The notes beneath the pieces are model-generated. The model saw nothing but the letters and a program-made list of their open reading frames with translations, was not told the origin of the DNA and did no database searches. A stretch of 64,000 nt of DNA from assembly GCF_988243305.1 (NCBI RefSeq), contig NZ_OZ547136.1. One strand, given 5' to 3'. Below are positions 49,816-63,559 of this stretch, one piece after another. Within the stretch, counting starts at the first letter, position 1. Each line of letters begins with the position of its first letter. Position numbers and translations under genes: made by a program.

Positions 49816-49986
49816 AAACTGCACCTTCAGATGTCAGATTATGTCCAACATTTGGGGTGCAGTTCACAAGCGTCGTATCCGGCATTTCCAATGGGCGTAT
49901 TCTTTTTGAATCCCATCACAAACCCCGCACTCCCCTTTTCCCTTTTCTCCGGCGACGGCTAAATTAGAACTCATCCGACCACATAA

Positions 49987-52032
<2,046 letters not shown>

Positions 52033-52047
52033 ATCGTTATTTGAAGC

Positions 52048-52068
52048 GCCGGATGCGACGCATCCGGC
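52048..52068. repeat. REP-like palindrome (GCCGGATGCGACGCATCCGGC) between convergent fadH and higA; likely also a terminator
   Basis: Read in sequence. Confidence 0.6.
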
Positions 52069-52076
52069 ACGTCGCG

Positions 52077-52493
52077 TTAATCAATAAACAAGGCGGGAGA
52101 AATGCCGAATCGCGTTGCCAGTTTTTTAGCGTGTTCCAGCGTTAATTTCCTCTTCCCGCTCAAAACGCGTGACACCATGGATTTACTGCCAATTTCCGGA
52201 AGATCGGAAAGGGTTAAACCATATTGATCCATAAGGGTACGAATCACGGCTATACCGCCAGGCATGGCTTGAGCCATGGCATTAAATTCAGCAAATTCGG
52301 GCGCTGATTCTTCCCACGCGGTTATTTTGGCACACACCAGATCCAGCAAGGGATTTTCAGGATCGTTGAGCAGCAGATGATCTACCAGTTCCAGCGCCTG
52401 GGTGTATTGTTCCTCGTTCTGAATACCCGCCAGAAAAGGTGCCACAGCAGTTAGCTTTTCTCCTGCTTGCAAGATGTCGGCAATCGCAATCAT
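52077..52493 (-). CDS. higA: HigA antitoxin, XRE-family HTH (138 aa)
   Basis: MIAIADILQAGEKLTAVAPFLAGIQNEEQYT...; C-terminal HTH; the ORF track reads it as part of a 177-aa ORF (see pseudogene). Confidence 0.85.
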   Translation of the reverse strand: MIAIADILQAGEKLTAVAPFLAGIQNEEQYTQALELVDHLLLNDPENPLLDLVCAKITAWEESAPEFAEFNAMAQAMPGGIAVIRTLMDQYGLTLSDLPEIGSKSMVSRVLSGKRKLTLEHAKKLATRFGISPALFID

Positions 52494-52610
52494 TTTTTCC
52501 CCTTTGAAATATCCCTTAGCAATCGTGTTCCCCAGAGCCACCAACTCCGTTTTATGTTGCGGGTATTTTTCCGCAGCATCTTTCAATGCTTTTTGAGTTA
52601 TCAGGTGCAT
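52494..52610 (-). pseudogene. higB: Remnant of higB toxin gene: first ~35 codons only, fused in frame to higA
   Basis: ATG at 52610 gives MHLITQKALKDAAEKYPQHKTELVALGNTIAKGYFK, matching the HigB N-terminus from memory, then runs into the higA start; the rest of the ~104-aa toxin is missing. Confidence 0.65.
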
Positions 52611-52753
52611 TCTTCATCACGTCCGTTGACAGATTGGCAACGAATGAATTTATCTGTGTGACGGAAGAATAAACGTAGAAAAATGCTAAACAAGAGAATG
52701 TAGAGGATGGTGACAGGGATTTTTTGTTTTATGGAAGCGCGATTCCAGAACTG

Positions 52754-52845
52754 GGCAGACATTGCCGGATGCGACGCTTGCCGCGTCTTATCCGACCTGG
52801 GGGTAATGTGCTGAACGTAGGCCAGATAAGGCGTTTACGCCTTAT
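52754..52845. repeat. REP/BIME elements between the higB remnant and rlmG
   Basis: GCCGGATGCGACGCTTGCCGCGTCTTATCCG and GGCCAGATAAGGCGTTTACGCCTTATCTGGC. Confidence 0.8.
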
Positions 52846-52865
52846 CTGGCAGGTAGCTGCCAATC

Positions 52866-54002
52866 TTACCGACGACGCCCCAGCTTCACCGCTTTCAGCA
52901 CCACAAATTTATTATTCGTGGCGATGGTGGTGCAGTTGCCGAAAATCTTCTTCAGTTTATGGAAGTAATCCAGGTGACGGTTGGCAACGATATACAGCTC
53001 GCCGTTGATTTTCAGACAGCGGCGGGCGTGGTGGAACATCTCCCAGGCGACGTTATCGGTCAGCGCATGTTGCTGATGAAACGGCGGGTTGCAGAGCACA
53101 GCATTAAAGCGGAAAGGCTCCACGCCGGAGAGCGCGTTGTTGATCATAAACTCGCAGCGATCCAACGCCTCTGGCATGTTGGTTTCAACGTTCAAACGGC
53201 TGGAAGCAACCGCCATCGGCGATTCATCGACAAACACCACTTTCGCCTGCGGGTTTTTATCAAGCAGCGTCAGACCAATAACGCCATTACCACAACCGAG
53301 ATCGACAATCTCACCTTCGAGATTCTCTGGCAGATGCTGCATAAAGAAGCGCGCGCCAATATCCAGCCCGGTGCGGGAGAAGACATTCGCATGGTTGTGG
53401 ATAGTCCAGTCAGTACCTTCCAGTTTCCAGCTAACGGTCTGCGGCGCATCGGCCAGCGGCGGCTCGTTGAAAGTACAGTTAATTAAGCGTGCCTTCTTCC
53501 ATGCCAGCGTGGTGGTGGTAGGGCCGAGCACTTTTTCGAACAGTTCCAGCGTGGAAGTGTGGATGTCACGGGCTTTGGCACCGGCAATAATACGTGTATC
53601 CGGCGTGACCACTTTGCGCAGCGCACGCAGTTGTTGTTCCAGCAACGCCAGTGTTTTCGGTACTTTGATCAGTACCACGCCCGGCTGTTGCGGGTAGTCG
53701 GCGGTGCTGTCGAGAAACTTCACGCTCGACTCATCAATCCCGTTGAGGCGTAAATTCTCGCGCGTCGCCAGTTCGCTGATGTATGAGTCGCCAATGCTGT
53801 ATGGCTTATGTTCCGCCAGCACACAACTTAACGCACCAAAGGCATCATTCAGGATCAACACCGGGCCGCGGATTTCTGTGTCGTCCAACTGTTGCAGCAA
53901 ATATTCATCCGCCGCTTCCCACGCCTGTAGTGGGTTAACGTCATCCGTCGCCGGAAAACGTTGTAGTGTCAGTGAACGGAAACCGTTGTCTAAGTGGCTC
54001 AT
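52866..54002 (-). CDS. rlmG: 23S rRNA (guanine1835-N2)-methyltransferase (378 aa)
   Basis: Tandem class I methyltransferase domains. Confidence 0.9.
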   Translation of the reverse strand: MSHLDNGFRSLTLQRFPATDDVNPLQAWEAADEYLLQQLDDTEIRGPVLILNDAFGALSCVLAEHKPYSIGDSYISELATRENLRLNGIDESSVKFLDSTADYPQQPGVVLIKVPKTLALLEQQLRALRKVVTPDTRIIAGAKARDIHTSTLELFEKVLGPTTTTLAWKKARLINCTFNEPPLADAPQTVSWKLEGTDWTIHNHANVFSRTGLDIGARFFMQHLPENLEGEIVDLGCGNGVIGLTLLDKNPQAKVVFVDESPMAVASSRLNVETNMPEALDRCEFMINNALSGVEPFRFNAVLCNPPFHQQHALTDNVAWEMFHHARRCLKINGELYIVANRHLDYFHKLKKIFGNCTTIATNNKFVVLKAVKLGRRR

Positions 54003-54086
54003 CGGCCCTCCTGAATGATAAAATTTCGACGTTGCCCCTGAAAAGGGTGCGTGAGTATACCCTTTTTCTCTTTTTCGTGGGCGGTT

Positions 54087-54590
54087 ATGAGCAATCTTAC
54101 TTATCTTCAGGGTTATCCCGACCAGCTACTTTCCCAGGTGCGAACGCTGATTAACGAACAGCGTCTGGGCGATGTGCTGGCAAAACGCTATCCGGGAACA
54201 CACGACTACGCCACCGATAAAGCCCTCTGGCAATATACTCAGGATCTTAAAAATCAGTTTCTGCGCAATGCCCCGCCGATCACTAAAGTGATGTATGACA
54301 ACAAGATCCATGTGCTGAAAAACGCGCTCGGGTTACATACCGCTGTTTCGCGTGTGCAGGGCGGCAAGCTGAAAGCAAAGGCGGAGATCCGCGTCGCTAC
54401 CGTGTTTCGCAACGCGCCGGAACCGTTTTTGCGCATGATCGTGGTGCACGAGTTGGCGCACCTGAAGGAGAAAGAGCATAACAAAGCGTTCTATCAATTG
54501 TGCTGCCATATGGAGCCGCAGTACCACCAGCTTGAGTTCGACACCCGGCTGTGGCTAACGCAGTTGTCGCTTGGGCAGGACAAAATCTGA
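54087..54590 (+). CDS. ygjP: DUF45-type metal-dependent hydrolase (167 aa)
   Basis: HExxH-like motif ([12 protein letters not shown]); start moved from the ORF-track start (54051) to ATG 54087. Confidence 0.8.
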   Translation: MSNLTYLQGYPDQLLSQVRTLINEQRLGDVLAKRYPGTHDYATDKALWQYTQDLKNQFLRNAPPITKVMYDNKIHVLKNALGLHTAVSRVQGGKLKAKAEIRVATVFRNAPEPFLRMIVVHELAHLKEKEHNKAFYQLCCHMEPQYHQLEFDTRLWLTQLSLGQDKI

Positions 54591-54666
54591 AAATGATGTC
54601 AGGCGTTATCTTTTCTTCCTATAGCGCCTAAAATCGACCTCCCCCCTTTCGTTAAGGATAACGACC

Positions 54667-55350
54667 ATGCAGCCCCGCCTTCTTCTCCGTATTTGTTTTT
54701 CTCGCCGGACTCTTAAGATTGGCTGTTTATTGTTGCTTATAGCAGGAGCGACCATTTTTATTGCCGATCGCGTTATGGTCAACACCAGCAAGCAGCTGAC
54801 CTGGAGCGATGTCAACGCAGTTCCGGCGCGTAACGTGGGTTTATTGCTGGGGGCGAGGCCGGGTAATCGCTACTTTACCCGACGTATTGATACCGCAGCA
54901 GCGTTGTACCACGCCGGAAAAGTGAAATGGCTACTGGTAAGTGGCGATAACGGACGTAAAAATTACGATGAAGCCTCAGGTATGCAGCAGGCTTTGATCG
55001 CTAAAGGCGTACCGGCGAAAGTGATCTTCTGCGACTATGCCGGATTCTCAACGCTTGATTCGGTGGTGCGTGCCAAAAAGGTGTTTGGGGAAAACCATAT
55101 CACCATTATTTCGCAAGAATTTCATAACCAACGCGCCATCTGGCTGGCAAAACAGTACGGCATCGACGCTATCGGCTTTAACGCGCCAGACCTCAATATG
55201 AAGCACGGTTTTTATACTCAGTTACGGGAGAAACTCGCCAGAGTCAGCGCGGTGATTGACGCAAAAATCCTCCATCGCCAGCCGAAATATCTCGGGCCAT
55301 CGGTCATGATTGGGCCGTTTAGTGAGCATGGCTGTCCGGCGCAGAAATAA
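54667..55350 (+). CDS. ygjQ: DUF218-family membrane-anchored protein (227 aa)
   Basis: N-terminal TM segment. Confidence 0.8.
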   Translation: MQPRLLLRICFSRRTLKIGCLLLLIAGATIFIADRVMVNTSKQLTWSDVNAVPARNVGLLLGARPGNRYFTRRIDTAAALYHAGKVKWLLVSGDNGRKNYDEASGMQQALIAKGVPAKVIFCDYAGFSTLDSVVRAKKVFGENHITIISQEFHNQRAIWLAKQYGIDAIGFNAPDLNMKHGFYTQLREKLARVSAVIDAKILHRQPKYLGPSVMIGPFSEHGCPAQK

Positions 55351-55428
55351 TGCGTATCTGCGCACGTCGAAGATGAAAAAGGCGTGCTACATTGACGACA
55401 GAATCCCTTTATGGAGTATCCACGCGTT

Positions 55429-56415
55429 ATGATACGTTTCGCTGTGATTGGTACGAACTGGATCACTCGCCAGTTCGTCGAGGCCGCCCATGAGAGCGGT
55501 AAATACAAGTTAACCGCCGTATATTCCCGCAGCCTTGAACAGGCCCAGCACTTTGCCAATGATTTTTCTGTCGAGCATCTGTTTACGTCGCTGGAAGCGA
55601 TGGCGGAAAGCGATGCCATTGACGCGGTGTATATTGCCAGCCCGAATGCCCTGCACTTTTCCCAGACACAACTTTTCCTTAGCCACAAAATTCATGTGAT
55701 TTGCGAGAAGCCGCTGGCATCGAATCTGGCGGAAGTGGATGCCGCCATTGCCTGTGCGCGGGAAAATCAGGTGGTGCTGTTTGAGGCATTTAAAACGGCC
55801 TACCTGCCGAACTTTCATCTGTTGCGCCAGGCGCTGCCGAAAGTCGGCAAACTGCGTAAAGTCTTTTTCAACTATTGCCAGTATTCCTCGCGGTATCAAC
55901 GTTACCTGGATGGTGAGAATCCCAACACCTTTAATCCGGCATTCTCTAACGGTTCAATTATGGATATCGGCTTTTACTGCCTGGCGTCGGCGGTGGCATT
56001 ATTCGGTGAACCGAAAAGCGTGCAGGCAACCGCCAGTTTGCTGGCAAGCGGCGTGGATGCCCACGGCGTGGTGGTGATGGATTACGGTGATTTCAGCGTT
56101 ACGTTGCAGCACTCAAAAGTGAGCGATTCTGTCCTGGCAAGCGAGATTCAGGGCGAAGCAGGATCGCTGGTGATTGAAAAACTGTCTGAATGCCAGAAAG
56201 TGTGTTTTGTGCCGCGTGGCAGCCAGATGCAGGATCTCACCCAACCGCAGCATATTAATACCATGCTCTACGAAGCAGAGCTGTTCGCTACCCTGGTGGA
56301 TGAGCATCTGGTGGATCATCCTGGGCTGGCGGTCAGTCGCATCACCGCCAAACTGCTGACCGAGATCCGCCGCCAGACTGGGGTGATTTTTCCGGCAGAT
56401 AGCGTAAAACTATAA
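55429..56415 (+). CDS. ygjR: Gfo/Idh/MocA-family NAD(P)-dependent oxidoreductase (328 aa)
   Basis: Rossmann N-terminus (MIRFAVIGTNWI); alternative ATG at 55411 would add 6 codons. Confidence 0.8.
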   Translation: MIRFAVIGTNWITRQFVEAAHESGKYKLTAVYSRSLEQAQHFANDFSVEHLFTSLEAMAESDAIDAVYIASPNALHFSQTQLFLSHKIHVICEKPLASNLAEVDAAIACARENQVVLFEAFKTAYLPNFHLLRQALPKVGKLRKVFFNYCQYSSRYQRYLDGENPNTFNPAFSNGSIMDIGFYCLASAVALFGEPKSVQATASLLASGVDAHGVVVMDYGDFSVTLQHSKVSDSVLASEIQGEAGSLVIEKLSECQKVCFVPRGSQMQDLTQPQHINTMLYEAELFATLVDEHLVDHPGLAVSRITAKLLTEIRRQTGVIFPADSVKL

Positions 56416-56439
56416 TTGCCAAAGTAAAACAGTGTAAAA

Positions 56440-56690
56440 GGTATGTAACAGACCATTGACTGACTGAATGGTCTGTCATACTTTGTTACCTGCAAAGGGG
56501 AGTAACTTCATTGCCGGTCGATCGTCATTACGATGTGTGAAAAACCACATCCGGTCACCGGGCAACCCGAAAGGAATACGCAGACGTATTCCTTTTTTGT
56601 TGTAAGTGAGACCTTGCCGGAAGGCGAGGTCTATGCATAAAAAGCAGCGGCTGACGTCTTCCGACGTTGGCCGTTTTTTTTATGTGTAAG
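56440..56690 (+). ncRNA. alx 5' leader: yybP-ykoY (Mn2+) riboswitch-type pH-responsive element
   Basis: Long structured leader upstream of alx containing AAAGGGGAGTA; alx is a known yybP-ykoY-associated gene in E. coli; boundaries approximate. Confidence 0.6.
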
Positions 56691-56698
56691 GAACTTCT

Positions 56699-57664
56699 AT
56701 GAATACTGTCGGCACGCCGTTGCTATGGGGCGGATTCGCTGTTGTTGTCGCCATTATGCTGGCTATCGACCTGTTGTTGCAGGGGCGTCGTGGGGCACAT
56801 GCCATGACCATGAAACAGGCTGCGGCCTGGTCGCTGGTCTGGGTGACGCTGTCGTTACTGTTTAACGCCGCTTTCTGGTGGTATCTGGTGCAAACCGAAG
56901 GACGCGCCGTTGCCGATCCACAGGCACTGGCCTTTCTCACGGGTTATCTGATTGAGAAATCGCTGGCGGTCGATAACGTCTTTGTCTGGCTGATGTTGTT
57001 CAGCTATTTCTCTGTTCCGGCGGCGTTACAACGGCGCGTGCTGGTGTATGGCGTGCTCGGGGCGATTGTTCTGCGTACCATCATGATCTTCACTGGCAGC
57101 TGGCTGATTTCGCAGTTCGACTGGATCCTGTATATCTTCGGTGCCTTCCTGCTGTTTACCGGCGTGAAGATGGCGCTGGCCCATGAAGATGAATCAGGCA
57201 TTGGCGACAAGCCGCTGGTGCGCTGGCTGCGCGGTCATTTGCGCATGACCGACACCATCGACAACGAGCATTTCTTTGTGCGTAAGAATGGCTTGCTGTA
57301 TGCCACGCCGCTGATGCTGGTGCTGATTCTGGTGGAATTGAGCGACGTGATTTTCGCCGTGGATAGCATTCCGGCTATCTTCGCCGTGACCACTGACCCG
57401 TTCATTGTGCTGACCTCAAACCTGTTTGCGATCCTCGGCCTGCGTGCGATGTATTTCCTGCTGGCGGGCGTAGCAGAACGTTTCTCGATGCTCAAATATG
57501 GCCTGGCGGTGATTCTGGTGTTTATCGGTATCAAGATGCTGATTGTCGACTTCTACCATATTCCAATCGCCGTCTCGCTGGGCGTGGTGTTTGGCATTCT
57601 GGTGATGACGTTTATTATCAACGCCTGGGTGAATTATCAGCATGATAAGCAGCGGGGAGAATGA
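56699..57664 (+). CDS. alx: TerC-family membrane protein, putative Mn/redox-associated exporter (321 aa)
   Basis: Polytopic TerC-like protein. Confidence 0.9.
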   Translation: MNTVGTPLLWGGFAVVVAIMLAIDLLLQGRRGAHAMTMKQAAAWSLVWVTLSLLFNAAFWWYLVQTEGRAVADPQALAFLTGYLIEKSLAVDNVFVWLMLFSYFSVPAALQRRVLVYGVLGAIVLRTIMIFTGSWLISQFDWILYIFGAFLLFTGVKMALAHEDESGIGDKPLVRWLRGHLRMTDTIDNEHFFVRKNGLLYATPLMLVLILVELSDVIFAVDSIPAIFAVTTDPFIVLTSNLFAILGLRAMYFLLAGVAERFSMLKYGLAVILVFIGIKMLIVDFYHIPIAVSLGVVFGILVMTFIINAWVNYQHDKQRGE

Positions 57665-57757
57665 TTCGCTGTATATTAAGCCATTACTAGAGATAACTCA
57701 TTCCAGACAAAGGTGAGCTATTAATTATGTAATCGGCTTATAGCTCTTTACAAAAAG

Positions 57758-57985
57758 ACCGCACGGGTGTTGGTGGCGTCAAAATCGCCGAAGCGTTCCC
57801 TGGAGGCCGGGGCGACGCGCATGGATGCGCGGCGAGGGCGCATCTTACAGGGACGTTCCCTTGCGCCCGACCCGGTAGCCGCAAGGGATAAGCTGAGGGA
57901 ACCGCGCAGCGGCGATTTTGTTCGCCAGAGCCTGGGGGTGCAGGGGGCGGCGGCGATTGGCCGCCCCCTGCGCGCTCCCTGCGGT
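57758..57985. other. GC-rich highly structured intergenic element of unknown nature
   Basis: Perfect 12-bp hairpin GCAGGGGGCGGC/GCCGCCCCCTGC (57940-57971); long-range inverted repeat CAAAATCGCCG (57780-57790) / CGGCGATTTTG (57910-57920); several smaller GC stems; both overlapping ORFs have non-protein-like composition. Confidence 0.5.
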
Positions 57986-58279
57986 AGTGACTTTATATGG
58001 CATAGCACATTAAAGGAGCGCAACCGTTCTCATATACCAAATAGTTTTGCCCATATGTTATCTAATCAGCCTTAGTAGCCAGTCCTTCCCTCTGTTTATG
58101 TCAAATAAATGTAACCATTAAGTTGCAAAATATGACCTCTCTTTAAAATCCAGCATTTTTCGCTTCCCGAAGCTGTAACTTTCCTTATACTCGACCTTGC
58201 AAACACTTTGTTACATCCTGAAAGATGCGTCGACAGAACGCACCAGGGATGTGCGACAACACAATGAAAGGATCGAAAA

Positions 58280-59524
58280 ATGACTACGCAACGTTCACCG
58301 GGGCTATTCCGGCGTCTGGCTCATGGCAGCCTGGTAAAACAAATCCTGGTCGGCCTTGTTCTGGGGATTCTTCTGGCATGGATCTCAAAACCCGCGGCGG
58401 AAGCTGTTGGTCTGTTAGGTACTTTGTTCGTCGGCGCACTGAAAGCCGTTGCCCCCATCCTGGTGTTGATGCTGGTAATGGCGTCTATTGCTAACCACCA
58501 GCACGGGCAGAAAACCAATATCCGTCCTATTTTGTTCCTCTATCTACTGGGCACCTTCTCTGCTGCTCTGGCCGCAGTAGTCTTCAGCTTTGCCTTCCCT
58601 TCTACCCTGCACTTATCCAGTAGCGCGGGTGATATTTCGCCGCCGTCAGGCATTGTAGAAGTGATGCGCGGGCTGGTAATGAGCATGGTTTCCAACCCCA
58701 TCGACGCGCTGCTGAAAGGTAACTACATCGGGATCCTGGTGTGGGCAATTGGCCTCGGTTTCGCACTGCGTCACGGTAACGAGACCACCAAAAACCTGGT
58801 CAACGATATGTCGAATGCCGTCACCTTTATGGTGAAACTGGTCATTCGCTTCGCACCGATCGGTATTTTTGGTCTGGTTTCTTCTACCCTGGCAACCACC
58901 GGTTTCTCCACACTGTGGGGCTACGCGCAACTGCTGGTCGTGCTGGTTGGCTGTATGCTGCTGGTGGCGCTGGTGGTTAACCCCTTGCTGGTGTGGTGGA
59001 AAATTCGTCGTAACCCGTTCCCGCTGGTGCTGCTGTGCCTGCGCGAAAGCGGCGTGTACGCCTTCTTCACCCGCAGCTCTGCGGCGAACATTCCGGTGAA
59101 TATGGCGCTGTGTGAAAAGCTGAATCTGGATCGCGATACCTATTCCGTTTCTATTCCGCTGGGTGCCACCATCAATATGGCGGGCGCAGCAATCACCATT
59201 ACCGTGTTGACGCTGGCTGCGGTTAATACGCTGGGTATTCCGGTCGATCTGCCCACAGCGCTGCTGTTGAGCGTAGTGGCTTCTCTGTGTGCCTGTGGCG
59301 CATCCGGCGTGGCGGGGGGTTCTCTGCTGCTGATCCCACTGGCCTGTAATATGTTCGGTATTTCGAACGATATCGCCATGCAGGTGGTTGCCGTCGGCTT
59401 TATCATCGGCGTATTGCAGGACTCTTGCGAAACCGCGCTGAACTCTTCAACTGACGTGCTATTCACTGCGGCAGCTTGCCAGGCAGAAGACGATCGTCTG
59501 GCAAATAGCGCCCTGCGTAATTAA
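58280..59524 (+). CDS. sstT: Na+-coupled serine/threonine transporter (414 aa)
   Basis: DAACS-family polytopic membrane protein; ATG with AAAGGA RBS. Confidence 0.95.
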   Translation: MTTQRSPGLFRRLAHGSLVKQILVGLVLGILLAWISKPAAEAVGLLGTLFVGALKAVAPILVLMLVMASIANHQHGQKTNIRPILFLYLLGTFSAALAAVVFSFAFPSTLHLSSSAGDISPPSGIVEVMRGLVMSMVSNPIDALLKGNYIGILVWAIGLGFALRHGNETTKNLVNDMSNAVTFMVKLVIRFAPIGIFGLVSSTLATTGFSTLWGYAQLLVVLVGCMLLVALVVNPLLVWWKIRRNPFPLVLLCLRESGVYAFFTRSSAANIPVNMALCEKLNLDRDTYSVSIPLGATINMAGAAITITVLTLAAVNTLGIPVDLPTALLLSVVASLCACGASGVAGGSLLLIPLACNMFGISNDIAMQVVAVGFIIGVLQDSCETALNSSTDVLFTAAACQAEDDRLANSALRN

Positions 59525-59528
59525 TTGT

Positions 59529-60080
59529 TTAACCCCTTTCGTCTACGGCGGAAGGGGTTTTCTCTACTTTAAACGGATCAATTCCCCTTTTCTGCATCCG
59601 CCAGAAACGAATGATATTCAGACCATTCATCAGCAGAAAACTACCCTCAATCATCGTGCCGCCTATCGACCCCGCCCAGAAGTTGTGAATCACCCAGCAA
59701 CACGTTGAAAACCACATTACGCAGCGCATGGTCAGCCCTTTACAGCGGAATAGCGCCCAGGTACTGACAATCGTGCCGATAACCGGCAATAGTTCGACAG
59801 GATGATGGAACTTCGCGAGGCCAATTCCGCCAGTCAGCACAATAAAAATCGCCATTACCCATAAGCTGCGCGTGCGTAAGGTAATCAATGTACGAATGGC
59901 ATTAAGGATGGCACTGGCACCAGCGGGATAGGTGCCCAGAAGAAAAAAATGTACGCCAATAACGGCGCTATAGACCGAAAGCTGCTTTTTGAAGCGACGT
60001 TCGTCACGATTGAAAAATGTTGTGATACCAATCAGAAAGGCGATGACACCCACGCCCTGGGCCAGCCAATACGCGGTCAT
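59529..60080 (-). CDS. ygjV: Inner membrane protein (183 aa)
   Basis: Polytopic hydrophobic protein. Confidence 0.85.
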   Translation of the reverse strand: MTAYWLAQGVGVIAFLIGITTFFNRDERRFKKQLSVYSAVIGVHFFLLGTYPAGASAILNAIRTLITLRTRSLWVMAIFIVLTGGIGLAKFHHPVELLPVIGTIVSTWALFRCKGLTMRCVMWFSTCCWVIHNFWAGSIGGTMIEGSFLLMNGLNIIRFWRMQKRGIDPFKVEKTPSAVDERG

Positions 60081-60162
60081 GATAAATCCTTAGCAGGTAT
60101 GGAAAAGCAAACGGCGCTTCACATTATGAAACGCCGTTTTTTATTAACAACTCATTTCGACT

Positions 60163-61650
60163 TTATAGCGTTACGCCGCTTTTGAAGATCGCCAGTTCGC
60201 GGAAGTCGTTACGCTCGTTGCAGGTTTGTTTACCATTGGCAAACTCAACGATGGTGTCGATAAATTCTTCCAGCAACTGCGGCATCGCTTTACCGTGGAT
60301 CAGCTGACCCGCGTCAAAGTCGATCCAGTGTTTTTTCTTCGCCGCCAGTTCACTGTTGGTGGCGATTTTCACCGTCGGTACAAAGCCGCCGTATGGCGTG
60401 CCGCGACCAGTACTGAACAGCACCATATGGCAGCCCGCACCCGCCAGGGCGCTGGTCGCTACGGCATCGTTACCTGGCGCACTTAACAAGTTCAGCCCCG
60501 GCGTTTTCAGACGCTCGCCGTAACGCAGCACGTCAACCACGACACTGGAACCGGCTTTCTGGGTACAGCCAAGTGATTTGTCTTCCAGCGTGGTGATACC
60601 GCCCGCTTTGTTCCCCGGCGATGGGTTTTCATAGATCGGCTGGTCATGGGCAATAAAGTACTGCTTGAAGTCATTGACCATGGTGACCAGTTTTTCAAAC
60701 GTTGCTTCGTCGCGGCAATGGTCCATCAGCAACTGCTCTGCGCCAAACATCTCCGGCACTTCGGTCAGTACGGTAGTACCGCCGTTAGCAATCACGTAGT
60801 CAGAGAAACGCCCCAGCATCGGGTTAGCAGTAATACCAGAAAGACCGTCAGAACCACCACACTCCAGACCAAACTTCAGTTCGCTAAGTTTGCCTGGCTC
60901 GCGCTTGTCGTTGCGCATCACGTTATACAGCTGATGCAAATGCTCGATCCCGGCTTCGATCTCATCATCCTGCTGTTGGCAGATCATGAAATGAACGCGT
61001 TCAGGATCGATATCGCCCAGCGTTTCACGGAATGCGGCAACCTGGTTGTTTTCACAGCCCAGACCAATCACCAGCACTGCGCCCGCGTTCGGGTGGCGCA
61101 CCATGTTTTGCAGCATGGTGCGGGTATTGATGTGATCGTCGCCCAGCTGTGAGCAGCCGTAGGTGTGGCTGAAGAGGAACACGCCGTCAGTACCTTCGGC
61201 GTTGTTGGTCTCTTTCAGGAAACGATTTTGGATCTGCCGCGCGATGCCGTTGACACAGCCCACGGTTGGCAGGATCCAGAGCTCATTACGCACCCCGACA
61301 TCGCCGTTAGCGCGACGATAGATCTGCACTTCACGATCTGCCGCTTGCGCAGGCAGATCCTGAAAATCAGGTTGATAGCGATACTGATCCAGATCGCTCA
61401 GATTCGTGCGCGTATTGTGGGCGTGAACGTGTTCCCCCGCCGCAATATCCGCCAATGCATAACCAATCGGCAGGCCATATTTGATGACGTTGGCCCCTTT
61501 TGCGATATCCGTTAACGCAAATTTATGTCCACGAGCAACATCCTGGCGCAGCGTAACAGTCTGGTTATCGACACTGACTTCTGTGCCTTCAGCCAAATCC
61601 GCTAAAGCAACCGCGACGTTATCCAGCGCATGGATCTTGATGTATTGCAT
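60163..61650 (-). CDS. uxaA: Altronate dehydratase (495 aa)
   Basis: MQYIKIHALDNVAVALADL... matches UxaA. Confidence 0.95.
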   Translation of the reverse strand: MQYIKIHALDNVAVALADLAEGTEVSVDNQTVTLRQDVARGHKFALTDIAKGANVIKYGLPIGYALADIAAGEHVHAHNTRTNLSDLDQYRYQPDFQDLPAQAADREVQIYRRANGDVGVRNELWILPTVGCVNGIARQIQNRFLKETNNAEGTDGVFLFSHTYGCSQLGDDHINTRTMLQNMVRHPNAGAVLVIGLGCENNQVAAFRETLGDIDPERVHFMICQQQDDEIEAGIEHLHQLYNVMRNDKREPGKLSELKFGLECGGSDGLSGITANPMLGRFSDYVIANGGTTVLTEVPEMFGAEQLLMDHCRDEATFEKLVTMVNDFKQYFIAHDQPIYENPSPGNKAGGITTLEDKSLGCTQKAGSSVVVDVLRYGERLKTPGLNLLSAPGNDAVATSALAGAGCHMVLFSTGRGTPYGGFVPTVKIATNSELAAKKKHWIDFDAGQLIHGKAMPQLLEEFIDTIVEFANGKQTCNERNDFRELAIFKSGVTL

Positions 61651-61664
61651 ATCAACCCCAGACC

Positions 61665-63179
<1,515 letters not shown>

Positions 63180-63290
63180 TCAATAAACGTAGTTAAAAAA
63201 ATTACTCTCAAAGTGGTAAATCTCGCTGCAGGCCGCGCCAGTACTGGCCTCGCTGTCGTCAGGTAATGTCCCTACAAATATTCCCACATT

Positions 63291-63306
63291 TGTGATGGCT
63301 CTCACC
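63291..63306. promoter_or_regulatory. Candidate CRP site (TGTGA-N6-TCACC) in the uxaC-exuT divergent region
   Basis: Match to TGTGA-N6-TCACA; hexuronate genes are known to be CRP-dependent. Confidence 0.5.
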
Positions 63307-63559
63307 TTTTAAAGTTGTATGACAAGTTATCTTTCTGCCGTCGCAAATCATAAGTCGACGGAATGCAAATTGCCGATTCATTCATTTGTTAGATGAATCG
63401 GGTTAACCGGTACGGAAGCCGAATTAGCACGAAACTTTCATGGCAACGTTCGGGGCGTGCCGGTTTTTTTTCGGTTACCCGGTCGTAACTAACATCTTCA
63501 GCCTCTGGCGGGATGATGGCCGCGCTTCCTGCGGATATAACAAAACGATGAGGTTTTAC

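Noticed and set aside
57758-57985. Possible retron msr/msd or CRISPR-like element
   Set aside because: No adjacent reverse transcriptase or cas genes and no regular repeat-spacer periodicity; only nested inverted repeats.
57748-58075. 102-aa plus-strand and 91-aa minus-strand ORFs in the alx-sstT intergenic region
   Set aside because: Extreme Arg/Pro/Ala/Gly bias, no RBS, and overlap with dense GC hairpins; treated as a structured non-coding element instead.
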